Assembly (NCBI GenBank): GCA_019648995.1
Contig: BLXT01007869.1
Span: 150,486-178,911 of the forward strand
Reading direction: 5' to 3'
Length of the DNA stretch: 28,426 nucleotides
From: Plakobranchus ocellatus
Taxonomy: Eukaryota
Position 1 is the stretch's first letter; the number at the start of each line of letters is the position of its first letter. Shown one piece after another: positions 1 through 11,066 of this stretch. The position numbers were made by a program, and so were the translations under genes. The notes beneath the pieces were generated by a model. The model made no database searches and had not been told where the DNA came from. It saw nothing but the letters and a program-made list of their open reading frames with translations.

Positions 1-245
1 TCCAACACATAAAACGAGATAATTTTTTCCCGTCCATCGGGACAATTGAGCTGGATTTCAGCGGGGCAGCCCGGAAAACGGAATATTTTGGCGTTCACCG
101 GGATTTTTCCCGGCGAAAACGGAAAGTTGGCAGGTCTGTTGATGTAATGGTGGGTCCAGACTACCAGATGCAGTGCTAGCCTCTAGGTGCCCACGTTACT
201 GGTACCAGTATCGACACGAATTAAAAACAAAACAAAACAAAAAAG
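1..245 (+). mobile_element. Possible 3' fragment of a SINE/retroposon-like repeat with an (AAAAC)n tail (226-245). It lies in an HDAC8-like intron.
   Basis: Local GC content is higher than in the flanks. Internal direct repeats 'cccgg(a/c)gaaaacggaa' occur at about 70 and about 110, and the block ends in 'aaaaacaaaacaaaacaaaaaa'. No family could be assigned. Confidence 0.25.
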
Positions 246-879
246 GCACAGAGCCTCTCACTCCAGTCACGCCTAGCACACCTTATCTCACCCTGAGCTT
301 ACAGCGCCTACACCATCTCCCCTTTCCTGCACTTGCAGCTGACTAAGAGTGAAATTATTATTCATTTACTGCCTTTATAGAGGTAGGTCTAGTTGATCTA
401 GACTTAGGGTGACTGCAATGAGAGGTTCTTCAGCCAGTGGCAGTGTGTGGCACTGGCAGTTCGCGTGCCCGCTGTAGGCCTGCATTCGGCATCTCATTTC
501 CCCCCTCTCAAGCTAGTTTGAGCCCTCCCCTATCTCACTTGTTGTTAATGGCACTCCTTGGAGCAGGCCTGCTTTGTTGAAACGGTGATTTAACCTGATT
601 GGCATTGTTTTGGGGATGATGAAAGGGAAACTTTTTTTTTTTCTTTTTGCGGTTTGTGGCGGTGTGGGCTTCGAATTATGAGAATCGACTTTCTTTGACT
701 TCGAATAATGAGTTTGAACTTTACAAAGCCAAAGAAGAAAAAAAACCTCAGATCGCAAATACTTTGATTTATGAGAAATTCGAATAATCGGACTTCGGCT
801 TTTGAGGTTTCGACTGTAACATTATTTGAAATGAGAAGCTACAAGTTCAAAAGCATAGAGAAATTGAATGCTCGCTTAC

Positions 880-992
880 CATCGCCATGATGTAAATCTA
901 TATCGACATAGAGAACTTTGTCAAATTTCTCTCTCAGCTTAAGAATGGCAAGGACAATATCATTGATATAGCAAAATCCTGAGGCACTGTCC
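880..992 (-). CDS. HDAC8: HDAC8-like exon 5 ([38 protein letters not shown]). Contains the zinc-ligand Asp/His motif.
   Basis: Acceptor ttccccag|G. Matches HDAC8 '[38 protein letters not shown]'. Donor G|GTAAGC (GT at 879/878). Downstream exons are not found in 1-879, so the gene continues off-window. Confidence 0.85.
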
Positions 993-1177
993 CTGGGGAA
1001 GAATAAAATAAGCCAAGCATTTTGAAAACAACTAAATTTTTTTTCTTTAAAAAATTACAATATTGAATTTGAAAAACTCAGAGAAGAATAACTGTAAAGT
1101 TTAAGATGTGATATAGTTGCGCAAAAAGAGTTCAAACTAATCTTGTTAAAATTCTTTTCATTTTTTGTTTCTCTCAC

Positions 1178-1319
1178 CTCTTGGCATGATGCCAACCTCC
1201 ATACCAGTTGATGGCCATGTCTGCCTGTCCACTGGTCAGTGTATCTGCTGCCACAATTGATGCTCCACTGATAAGTGATGCTGTCTCAAATATACCTGGC
1301 TGCAAGGGGCAGTCATAGG
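1178..1319 (-). CDS. HDAC8: HDAC8-like exon 4 (SYDCPLQPGIFETASLISGASIVAADTLTSGQADMAINWYGGWHHAKR). Contains the catalytic His-His pair.
   Basis: Acceptor cgaaaag|CC. Matches HDAC8 '[47 protein letters not shown]'. Donor AG|GTGAGAG (GT at 1177/1176). Confidence 0.85.
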
Positions 1320-2189
1320 CTTTTCGTCGCAATATGAAGAGCAATACCCAAAAAAAAAAAAACACCCAGTAAGAAAACATTGCTGTACTTCCTAATTGAA
1401 AAAAAAAAAAAACTCTTTAATACACAATAAAGGATCAAACTTACTTGCTAACTTTGTTACTTTTTACCTTTTTTTTTTTGTCTTCCCATTTCTAAATTTT
1501 AATAAGTTTTATGTAGGCCTATTTTTCTTTGAACTGCTTTAGATAAGCCAAAATTTTAGTCTGTGAATGTTCAATGATTTAATAAAATGTACAATTTTGC
1601 CACCTTTAGCCAAGTTACAAATGCTTCTCATTACTGAAGAATTACTGCACTTCCAAATTTTTTGTGTGCATATTCTCAAATATATAATATAAAAAATTTC
1701 AATCAAAATCAGTTTATAAATTTCATAAAATTGTTATTTACAAATGATTTTGGATAAGGCTGGAGGAAAGTTTAAATTTATAACCATTTAAGGTCATAAG
1801 GTCATGATTGTTAGCTCCAAATAGGGCGTATTAGAAGAGCAGAAAAAGTATCCCAGTGTATACGAAGAGAAACAGCTGCTGGAATATGTTAAATAGCACG
1901 AAAATACATTATTCGATTCCCTTGAATCTTGACATTCGCATCTCTTTCATTTACTGTTCATTTTTTCTCCAATTTTTTTTTCAGTGAAAAGTATTTTCAC
2001 TCAACAATTACAGACATATTTCGCTTCTTGCAGTGTGCTGGCTCATTATCTACCTGATCATGAAAGTTTTGTTTCAGAATTTTGTTCCTTGTTAAGCATT
2101 AGCACTATATGTAAGGATGAGCATTAGCATCATATTTGTTTGGAGATCAGAAAGTTGTTGAGTAAAAAAATTTATACCAATCAACATAC

Positions 2190-2344
2190 ACAAGCCATAT
2201 ATTTCTGCCTCAGCAAAGAGCTTGCTTGGATCCAAGGTCTCCTCCACATCGCTGACACTGCTGACATCTTTCAGGAAATCGATGTAGTCAGCCGAGTGGA
2301 AGCCCAGAATCTCAGCCTCAGTGGCTGCCCGCGGGGGGACAACT
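2190..2344 (-). CDS. HDAC8: HDAC8-like exon 3 (EVVPPRAATEAEILGFHSADYIDFLKDVSSVSDVEETLDPSKLFAEAEIYGL)
   Basis: Acceptor ttttcaag|A, and GA+A gives Glu. Aligns to HDAC8 '[42 protein letters not shown]'. Donor T|GTATGT (GT at 2189/2188), phase 1. Confidence 0.75.
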
Positions 2345-3363
2345 CTTGAAAATATACATTTAAGAAATTTTGAGAACTGAGCAGCAAATAAGAAGCAGAA
2401 AAAAAAGCATACAAAAATAATTCATTGAGTGCAAATTTTGATGAAAATATTAGCAAAATATCAGCAAAATTTGCATTATATTTTAACATGGGAATAAGGT
2501 ACCATACTGAAAACTCCTGACTTTACTGCACTGAATCTCATGAAATTAAAATATTTAAGAAAAACATCATTGATTGAATACATAAGCAATTTCTTCTGAG
2601 AGTATCACAAAATTACAGAAATTACATAAATGAATGCAAGCCATTCTATGAATTTGGTCATTACAAAAAGCTGGTGAATATAATGAGCATGACAAATAAA
2701 TTATCTCTTGAAAAAGAAAAAGTGTTTTAAATGTGAGAGAATCTAAAAAAAAGGTGGGGGGGGGGTTAATTTTGAATACCTTACTTGCATTTCACAGAAA
2801 CTTACTTGTTTGTGATTTCAATATTAACATAAATTCTTCTTTAGATGGCTTGTCTAGAACAGACATTGGCAATCATATTCCTCCACTAAAATCTATTCTC
2901 AGTTAACCTCATAAAGTAATCTTTGCTACCTTTACCTACTTCCCCATGACTTAAGACTTTCAATAAAAGTTGACAAATTAGAAGAGGACTGATTTATACC
3001 ATATGTTTTGCCTCAGTGTTCTTTAATGCTGAATGTAATAAATTTGAAAAAAATCATAGAAAAAGCCACAAGAAAAAAATTGATATTTATAAACAAGTAT
3101 TGTTCAATTACTTTAATACATTTAAGTTTACAATTACAAACAATTTCTCAACAGCCTGTGCATCGTTCGGATCCTAAAAGTTGGAAGTTCAGTGCTTCAT
3201 ATCTCCTTAAATTTAACTGACAAAGCAGTTTTGATAATCCTTGACTTATGACTAAATATTGTTACTCAAGTATGGTTAAAACTAGTGTTTGGGGAGGAAA
3301 GAATTTACCAAGTGCATTAGATGTAATGGAATGCACATAAAAAGAATAACCAAAAATACTTAC

Positions 3364-3416
3364 TCGACATACTGTAAGAGGCCAAATGCCTCAATCAGAG
3401 AATACACCAACTCAGC
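3364..3416 (-). CDS. HDAC8: HDAC8-like exon 2 (AELVYSLIEAFGLLQYV-)
   Basis: Acceptor ctctacag|GCT. Translation AELVYSLIEAFGLLQYV matches HDAC8 'ASMVHSLIEAYALHKQMR'. Donor GA|GTAAGT (GT at 3363/3362). Ends with 2 leftover nt. Confidence 0.7.
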
Positions 3417-5256
3417 CTGTAGAGAAGAAAAAAATTAATCTTGATATTGATTAAATCAAGCCCGGGCATCATCTCTTTAAATAACATTTGATCAATATTT
3501 CATATTGTGCTTTAACTCTCTTAGGATGAGATAACACAATCCCTGACAGCTTTAAAAAAAAAAGGTATTAACTGAGGATTTTAACATTTGCATACCCACA
3601 ACTCTTCTTGCCCTGTAAATCAAACACTGTCTAAAACCATATATTATGCCTATGAGCTAAGAGGGTTGAAAATAAAAGTCAGTAATCTTAACTTTACAAG
3701 TGAGAATGTTCGAAAAACACACTCACATTAAGTTGAGACAAAACAAATGCAAAGCGATAATGCTATTAAATTAATTCAAAGTACCCATGTTTTGGCAAAT
3801 TACAGCATGGATAGATAATAAATTCTTTTAAAGAGGCAAATTTTCTGGAACGGCCTGGCACCCAATACTGAAAAACCCTCATAGAAATGTAGAAATGGAA
3901 CTACAGTTTAAACACGTATAAACCAAAACCAAAATTCTGGGGAGTTTGATTTCTATTTTGGTTTGAGCATAGCGCATTAAATAAGTAAAATTAATAAAGG
4001 AGAGAACCAGCTTCCGATATATTAAGTTAAGCCAATCCCACCCATCGTCACATCACAATGTGAATGAATAGGCCTATCCACTAATCTTTCTTTTTTTTTT
4101 ATCCATCTCTCTATTTCTTTCTCATCTCCTAAGTAAATTTTCCGGTCCTGAAGTCCTCTACTTTTACAATTTAATCATCGCCTAAGTTTTCTGGTACTGA
4201 AATCCCCAACAAGAGAGATGGCTTTATGACTGGCTGTGATGCAACAGTGTTTGCTTAGCTTTGTGCTGACAGGACCTAGACATGTATGGAGTGTCTGGCA
4301 CGGTTCTGCTGTGTAACTGAGTGGTGGAAGAGAAAGGATGGGCGGGTGTGTGCAGTAGATCTAGACCTAGCCAGACATGATTACATTACAGTAATGCGAG
4401 AAAGAAAGGGAAGGGCAAGGTTTGGTAAAAAAAATGTCTGTCGGACAGTGACTGGGCTTTCTTGGTAGTTTTTATTTTGCTTTAGCGATAATAAGGAAGC
4501 CAACGTTTTCGGTTCACCACGTGTTTATAAGAAAGAATAAGAGGAAAAACCGGAAGCTCTTCAATTTCTTTTTGGTTTAGCTTTTTCGGTTTAGTTGTGG
4601 TCTACTGTGTTTTGAAAACAGAAATTTAAATAATTGATTACACAATATGTATACATAACCAATACCACTGTGATTAGATAATGATAGCCTATATTGATCA
4701 ACATAGAGCATTGATAAAAAATAGCTGAGAAAACCTCTGAAAGACCTACAAGCTAAGTTTTGCATATTTACATGAAATCTTTAGTTTTTAGGTTCCTTTT
4801 CCCCCTCTTTCTTTCAAGTTTCAAAAACCTTGTACCATAATTTTTAAAGTTTTCAGATTTCACCTCTGCAAAGCTTTTAAAATCAGTTTCTGAGGATGTC
4901 AGTGATTTAAACTGTTTAATGTTTGAATTTAAAATGTTATTTTCAAATTCTTAATGTATATGTAATGGTAGAAAAATGAGAAGTGCAGAACACTGCGAAA
5001 CATGACATCTGCACCATTGTTTGTAACACTTAATTCTTTATAAGTATCTTGGGTAATATTGTACATATAAATTTTCACAAAACACAATTTTCAATGCTTT
5101 CTAATAAATAATTTTTACAATTTTAATCACTACAAGAAATAAGAAAAGTATACAAAAAAATGCACTATATCATGAAAGAACAAAAGAACAAAAAAAAAAT
5201 GTAAAAAAAAATTTTAACAAATTAATGAATGCCTGTAAGACACATACATATCTCAC

Positions 5257-6165
5257 CCTTTCTTCAATCCTAGCAAGCTGGTTGACTTTACGCAGCAAAT
5301 CTTCACTGTGGACGAAAGCTACTCGACAGGCTTGCTTTGATTTTTTACTGTCTGATGCTTCTGTGGCAAGGATGTTTTCATCTGAACTGGACTCCAGGTG
5401 ACAGCCATTTTCTGTGGTTGGTGGTGCAATAGTCTGTGCTAGTTTTCGCTTGATAGGTTGATATTTCTTTGGTTGCGAATCTTCCTCAGAGAACAAATCA
5501 AATGGATCATTAGATTTCTTTTCCTTAAGACAGTCAGCCAAGCCAGATTTGTTCTCCATGCCAGTGTTTATGGCATTGTTACAAGCTAATAATACTGGAT
5601 TGGGTATCGGGTCCATGTCGTTAAAAGAAACATCTTGTGATAAGAAACTGAATTTACATTCTGCACTAAACACATTCCTGTTTGTGATATTGATCACCCT
5701 GTTTTCTTTTGAAGGAACACAACTGTCATCATTCGTAGTGTGAGGATACAAATCACAGCTGTTTTTAATGTGATTTGATGATTCCTCACAACTGTCAGAT
5801 TTTAAGCTGGGTGCCAAACTTTTCTGATCAGATTCAGGTTTTGATGAATAAAAGTGTTCCTCAACAGAGACAGCTGATGGAGAGGGTGAGTTCACAGAAC
5901 ATTGCAAAGCCTCAGAGGTCAACTCCATTCCAATGTGATGTTCTCCTAGTATCGAGAAAGTATGAGCAGGGGCTTCAAAGATATTTTCCATTTCTTCAGA
6001 TTCCTCATCTCCAGTTTTTTTAGGCGCTGCCTTACCCGATTCAGCTTTAAGAGAGCATTTACTTGGCGAGTCGGGACAAGTGTCATGCTTGCTGGAAGAT
6101 TTATCATTACTAGCATTGCCACCACCTTGAGCTATCAAAGGGTATTTGGCTCTGTCCTCTTGCAT
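5257..6165 (-). CDS. HDAC8: HDAC8-like class I histone deacetylase, first coding exon. Long S/E/K-rich low-complexity N-terminal extension followed by the conserved motif '...RVAFVHSEDLLRKVNQLARIEER'.
   Basis: 334-aa minus-strand ORF (5170-6174). First ATG at 6165-6163 (the track's 'M' at 6174 is GTG). The C-terminal ~25 aa align to human HDAC8 '[22 protein letters not shown]'. In-frame donor AGG|GTGAGA (GT at 5256/5255). Phase 0 joins to the next exon, giving LARIEER|AELVYSLIEAFG, cf. LAKIPKR|ASMVHSLIEAYA. Confidence 0.7.
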
Positions 6166-7990
6166 TTTAAGCACTGATCGTCTGACTCTGATATAAAATG
6201 AGAAAAGAGGGATACGATTTACTTGATTCTTGTTTTCAAATTTCTAATTTTTTCACATCTACATTAATAACTAGATCTAGAAATATATGTAATTTAGGTC
6301 TCTTGAATTAGGTTTTAACTCTGCAACTGCTAATCATAATGATCTGTCTTGATTGTAGGTGGCTATTATGGCATTATAAATCACATTAAAACTCATCTAT
6401 CTTTCTCACTTCATAATGTACTCCCTCTACCTATTTGTTTTTTCCTTTTTTTGAGAGCTAGTTTGAAATTTATCAATTACAGTTAAAAAATGTCTAATGC
6501 TGTATCTAAATCTAGATAGATCTGGGTCTAGATTCTTATGCTTCGAGCGATTGTTAAGGCCTTTGTGAATCTATGAATCCAGGTTCAGAAACTGTGTGCT
6601 ACTGTCAGGCACAGCCAAGGAGAACTTTAGGGTTAGAGCAGGCTTCTAGTTTCTATACCACTACAATACTTTGAAAGTGCATCTTGATGATGGAATTGAT
6701 TCTAGATCTAGAATCTAGATAGAAGCAGACCCATTCCGGGAGTACCAAATTTAGATCTATCCACGAGTCAATATGATGGGCATGGCCAATCATATTGGAA
6801 TTTACAACAAACCTGTTCGAGCAAAAATCTTAATAACCTTATCTAGGGATCTTTTTAACACATTATTTGTATTCACTAAAGTTAGATTTTGATTAAAATT
6901 ATGATTCGCAAATACCGCCATGTAGTATGTTAGCGTTACTTCCCTTATGCCCAGAAAAGGAGAAAAAATGTTACAGGGTTTTCCCATTTCAGACCACAGA
7001 ACTATAAATAGTTCAGTGGAGGGAACCCATGCAGGGGAATAGTATAGAAATCAATATTACACTGAAAGAAAAAAAAAAAGGTTGCAGTGTTCCCTGACAT
7101 AAATATTCACAGTAATGTTCTGGAAATAGTTTTTATCAAATTAGGCTAAAAAACAATACTGTCATTATGTAGGCATTATCTATAGATCTATTATTATCTC
7201 ATCTATTGAAGACGGGCAGTGAAAACACGGAAACGATTAAAAAGATGCTAAATTTAGATTATGTTATGGTCCAGGCTGTTTTGGTTCCTAGGCCTCCTAC
7301 TAACTGTGCTATCTATGTGGTTCCTGGTGTATCAATGCTTGTGAGTTGGAACGTTTTACATACGTAGAATCAGGAGCAAAACCATTATTATAACTAGAGT
7401 ATCCAGACAGGCAGTTCCTTAATTCTTGAAGCTCATCTGTTCTGTGGGTGCAACGCCGCTGAGAAGATCTGTACAATTAATGATTAAATACATCGAGTGT
7501 AAGTAGAAATGGTGAACAAACTTGAGTGTGCTGCGGTACAGCCGTATAGATCTTATTATGGAATATTTGTGAACAGAAAACCCTTTAAACTAAATCATTC
7601 GTTGCAAACATATTAATAGTATGTCTTGTTATCTTCAGTTGTTCAAATATTAATTTGATTGCATTTGTCTCCAAATAAATAAGGGTTTTAAGGCAGAAAA
7701 AAAATTTAAAAGTCAAGGAAAAAAAACCAAAAAAGTCATACAGAAAAGGATTTATTTATATAATTATAATTTATGCTATGTAGATTTAATTTTGAAGGAC
7801 ACTTTTTCCTATAATGCAAGAGACATAGCCATTTCAAAGTTTAGCACAACAAAAAAAAAATATTCAAAGTGCAATTTAGGCCTGCATTCTCTTGATTTAG
7901 CTTATTTCACAAAAATCATTTTAGTAATTATTAATTATATATAATATATGATATTACAGGTTTGACTAGAAAGATTCAGCTAAATGCAAA
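6166..7990. promoter_or_regulatory. Divergent intergenic/promoter region between the HDAC8-like (-) and PARP4 (+) start codons. It probably contains both TSSs and 5'UTRs. A possible PARP4 non-coding 5' exon ends near 7342 (cttGTGAGT), and an acceptor (ttacag|G) lies at 7959.
   Basis: Head-to-head orientation of the two first coding exons. The PARP4 first coding exon is preceded by acceptor-like (T)ttacAG at 7958-7959. No TATA or CpG island could be established by eye. Confidence 0.4.
6490..6765. repeat. Cluster of AGATCTAGA-type palindromic repeats, with inverted-repeat blocks at about 6497-6527 and about 6701-6760, flanking about 170 bp. Possible MITE-like element or foldback in the intergenic region.
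   Basis: 'tctaaatctagatagatctgggtctagattc' versus 'gattctagatctagaatctagatagaag...tttagatctatcc'. Related palindromes also occur at about 390, 4358, 6273, 7181, 7544 and 18968. Confidence 0.4.
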
Positions 7991-8004
7991 ATGCAGCTAT
8001 TTGA
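7984..8004 (+). promoter_or_regulatory. Short upstream ORF (ATG CAA AAT GCA GCT ATT TGA) that starts 7 nt 5' of the PARP4 ATG, out of frame with it and overlapping it.
   Basis: Direct reading. Both ATGs have A at -3. Confidence 0.4.
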
Positions 8005-8119
8005 AGGGCTACAGATTGCTTTGGACCTTGGCATAAGCTTGAATTTCAAGAAAAAGTCTGAGTTAAAGAAAGCAATTGTTAGCAATGGAGGGACAATAAG
8101 CTACATTGTCACCAAAAAG
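7991..8119 (+). CDS. PARP4: PARP4/vPARP coding exon 1 (MQLFEGLQIALDLGISLNFKKKSELKKAIVSNGGTISYIVTKK). BRCT-like N-terminus.
   Basis: First in-frame ATG after the stop at 7967. Aligns to human PARP4 'FANCIFCLKVKYLPQQQKKKLQTDIKENGGKFSFSLN'. Donor AAG|GTAAGT. Confidence 0.75.
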
Positions 8120-8812
8120 GTAAGTGAAATAAATGATAAAGCATCATAGCAAACATAATGGACCAATATTTGGCTTTAGATAGTTTTACTTTGCTTTTAG
8201 CATGTAGGTTTCAAAGATGAGACACTTAGTGAAGATAGTTTGTGGATGAGTATTGGAGGATAAACTTGATGAAAAGGTTATGGAACCAATGTATCCTAAT
8301 TATTTCATCATAGAATATTGCAATCAGAGACGACGTGGGTCGGACACCTCTTGTTGACTTCGTAACAAAAAGCAAGCAGGATCTCTTTTCTAATCTCTAT
8401 ATATGCGCTTAAACCTGAGATCATTGTGTGAGGCAGGATTATTTCTCTTTTTATTTATAATATATAATATGTATATTTTTTTTTCTCTCTTTTAAAACAA
8501 TTTAATAAAAGTTGTTCTTATAATCATACTTCTTTTTTTAATTTTTCCTTTGCTAGTTTGTTTGGGTTTCAAATATTTTGCTCAATGCAACAAAACTAGT
8601 ACAACTCAAAGACAAAAAAAAATGGACTTCCTTAAGATATGCGATAATGTTTTAGTGAAATACGGGTCACATTGGTTTGGTTCATTAGTTGAAACAGTCC
8701 TCTTAAATTTTAACAAAACTTTGAAATTATGATAATCAAGGCAGGAGCTTTTACCTCATTATGTAGATCAGATAAGTTTCATTTGCATCCCCTCTCCCCC
8801 CCAATGTTTCAG

Positions 8813-9011
8813 TGTCACATTGTTGTGACAAGCAACCCTGAGAAATGTGATGTGTCTTCAAAATGTCGAATGGCTGTGAAGCATGGCCTCCCTGTGCTCA
8901 AACTTGACTATATATGGGACTGTCTGAGCGATGGCAAGGTGCTACCGTATAATGCCTATGTTGTTGGAGGCAAAGACACTTCTCTTGATTTCAAGAGTGG
9001 AAAAATTTCAG
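8813..9011 (+). CDS. PARP4: PARP4 exon 2 (CHIVVTSNPEKCDVSSKCRMAVKHGLPVLKLDYIWDCLSDGKVLPYNAYVVGGKDTSLDFKSGKIS-)
   Basis: Acceptor ccaatgtttcag|TGT. Matches human 'QCTHIILDNADVLSQYQLNSIQKNHVHIANPDFIWKSIREKRLLDVKNYDPY'. Donor G|GTAGGT, phase 1. Confidence 0.85.
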
Positions 9012-9039
9012 GTAGGTTCGAAAAGTCACACCTCTTTCC

Positions 9040-9121
9040 TTCACTTTCTCTCTCTTTATCTGTCACCTTTTCTCTGTCTGTCTGAGAGTCTATTTCTTCT
9101 CTCTCTCTTTCTTTCACTCTC

Positions 9122-9197
<76 letters not shown>

Positions 9198-9260
9198 TTC
9201 TTTTTTCTGTTTCTTTGTCTGTTCTTCCTGTCCTTTGTGTTCTTGTTCTTTCCTTCCTGG
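9040..9260 (+). repeat. Polypyrimidine/(TC)n microsatellite in PARP4 intron 2. The perfect (CT)~35 core lies at about 9124-9194.
   Basis: Direct reading: 'ctctctctct...' for about 70 nt, flanked by CT-rich imperfect repeats. It generates the spurious SLSLSL/RERERE ORFs on both strands. Confidence 0.95.
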
Positions 9261-10087
9261 AATTGGAATTATGAGTTTTAGACTCATGATTGTAATGCTA
9301 CTGGTACTGACAGCCAAGGATTAAGCAACTAATTGTAGTTTAATTTTAAATAATTGCAAAACCAAACCCATAAATCCTTTTCAAATATTGAAGGCTCTCT
9401 TAAATTGACCATCTAATATCTCAAGTGGTTTAGATATTGATTATAATGTGATCCAGGGACAAAAAAAAAGACATCATCATAAAATTACTAGAAATTAGTC
9501 ACAAGTCGCATTTTATACCATATGGATCACCGCCATATGTGTGACAATCAAAGAAAATCAGTCGCAACTCACTGTCATTGTTTTTATGCTAAGTCATAAA
9601 TATGTGATTATACTTAAACGGGATTTTCCCTTTAAAATTTCTGTTCTAATTAAAATATTAACAAAATTGTAACTTCAATATGTACAAAAATAGATATTGA
9701 ATACTGGGGAATAAAAAAGCATGCATATCTGTCAAGTTATGAAAGGTTTCTCAAGTTATCACACATACTTATAATACTTCTTTCTGTGAAAACTGCTGTG
9801 GTAGAGATTAGATAAATCTTTATTTACACAAGTATATGTTAAATTATGAATCCTTGAATTTCATTTCAAAGAGTTTAAAACAACTTTGAAATTTCTTTTT
9901 TACACAATTGTTCTTTGCAATATCCAACTTATTGTTCATACTGATTGAAAACTCAAAGGCTAAATAAATTGATTTGTTGCTGTGAAAATTTTGTGACATT
10001 TATCAAAACTAAGTTTGAAAGTTTGTGTTAAGTGTATAAAAACTGAAAATTAAAAAAGAATTTATTGCCAACTATTTTTTCTTTCAG

Positions 10088-10227
10088 CGGGTAAGGCAGG
10101 AGGTCAAGCAACGAAGAAGAAAACAGCAAGCCGCACACATTTCAACCCGCACAGTGTGCCTGTTTGTAAAACGATGCCTCAATATGATGATAAAACACAT
10201 GAGTTAGCCAAGCATGCAGTTTTCATG
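10088..10227 (+). CDS. PARP4: PARP4 exon 3 (AGKAGGQATKKKTASRTHFNPHSVPVCKTMPQYDDKTHELAKHAVFM)
   Basis: Acceptor ttttctttcag|CG completes the codon from exon 2. Donor ATG|GTATGA. Positionally equivalent to the human linker region between the BRCT and PARP domains. Confidence 0.75.
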
Positions 10228-10895
10228 GTATGACTTTACAAAACTTAATTTTTTTCCCTTTATATTTTCTTTCCTCGATAGTGGTAAAATGCTATTGTCC
10301 TTTGTTTTTTTCCCTATCAGCCTCTTTCCCTTCACCTTGTTCCAACAATGTGAGCTTTAAAGTATTGAACTGTAATGAATTCTGTTTTGTAGGAAAGGGG
10401 ATTACACTTGCATATAAAACCAGTCTTTCATCCTTTGGGCCCCCTAACCTTTTATTTGGATCAGTGGGTATTCATTTTTTATGTAAGATTCTTCACTTTT
10501 TTTTTTTTTTAAACAGATTTTTTGGGTGGTAAATGTTGATGTATGAAGTGGCTATTCAGCCTTATTTTTTTTCCAAATTTCATTTGATGAGAGTCCTTGA
10601 GCGATATACCATCAAAGTAGTCGTGGCCTTACCTTCCTCAGCAAAGAGGGAAAAAAAATCTCTAATCATGAAATGGAAAAGAAAATAATATATGCTTACA
10701 AATATTAAATGGTGACAGAAGTAATTGCTTGTCACAAAGAGTTGTGATCGCCACTGCTTGCAGTCAAGCCATTTGATGATGATGATAATGGTGGTGGAAA
10801 TAATGGCTATTGTGTGAATATCCATAGGACAGGGCTTTGCCATAATGTAAATGCAAATCTAACTGATAACTAGTTTACATATTATGTCAATGCAG

Positions 10896-11066
10896 GGTTA
10901 CAACTCGGCTGCAAAGTGTGAGTTCGCCTATGTTATCGAGCTTCATGCCCCTGTGCCAGGGCATCAGAGACAAGAAGATTCTAACAAGTCTGAGGATGTT
11001 GCTGTCAATCCAGATGCATTGCTGTATGGGGTGGTTTTTCTGTCTGGCAGCACCAAGTTGATGAAA
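10896..11066 (+). CDS. PARP4: PARP4 exon 4 (GYNSAAKCEFAYVIELHAPVPGHQRQEDSNKSEDVAVNPDALLYGVVFLSGSTKLMK)
   Basis: Acceptor tgtcaatgcag|GGT, donor AAA|GTAAGT, phase 0 at both ends. Similar to the human 'GGQEAVVVELQCSRD...' region. Confidence 0.8.

Noticed and set aside
4286-4765. ORFs 4286-4468 (+) and 4577-4765 (-) in a GC-richer patch of HDAC8-like intron 1.
   Set aside because: They show no recognisable homology or splice context. This is probably a repeat or TE fragment, and I could not support it as an exon.
5549-6177. Plus-strand ORFs 5549-5743, 5775-6023 and 5962-6177.
   Set aside because: They are antisense shadows of the long HDAC8-like first coding exon.
8931-9317. ORFs 8931-9281 (+) and 9114-9317 (-) encoding SLSLSL.../RERERE... 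peptides.
   Set aside because: They are translations of the (TC)n/(GA)n microsatellite in a PARP4 intron. They are not genes and not a CRISPR array (no spacers).
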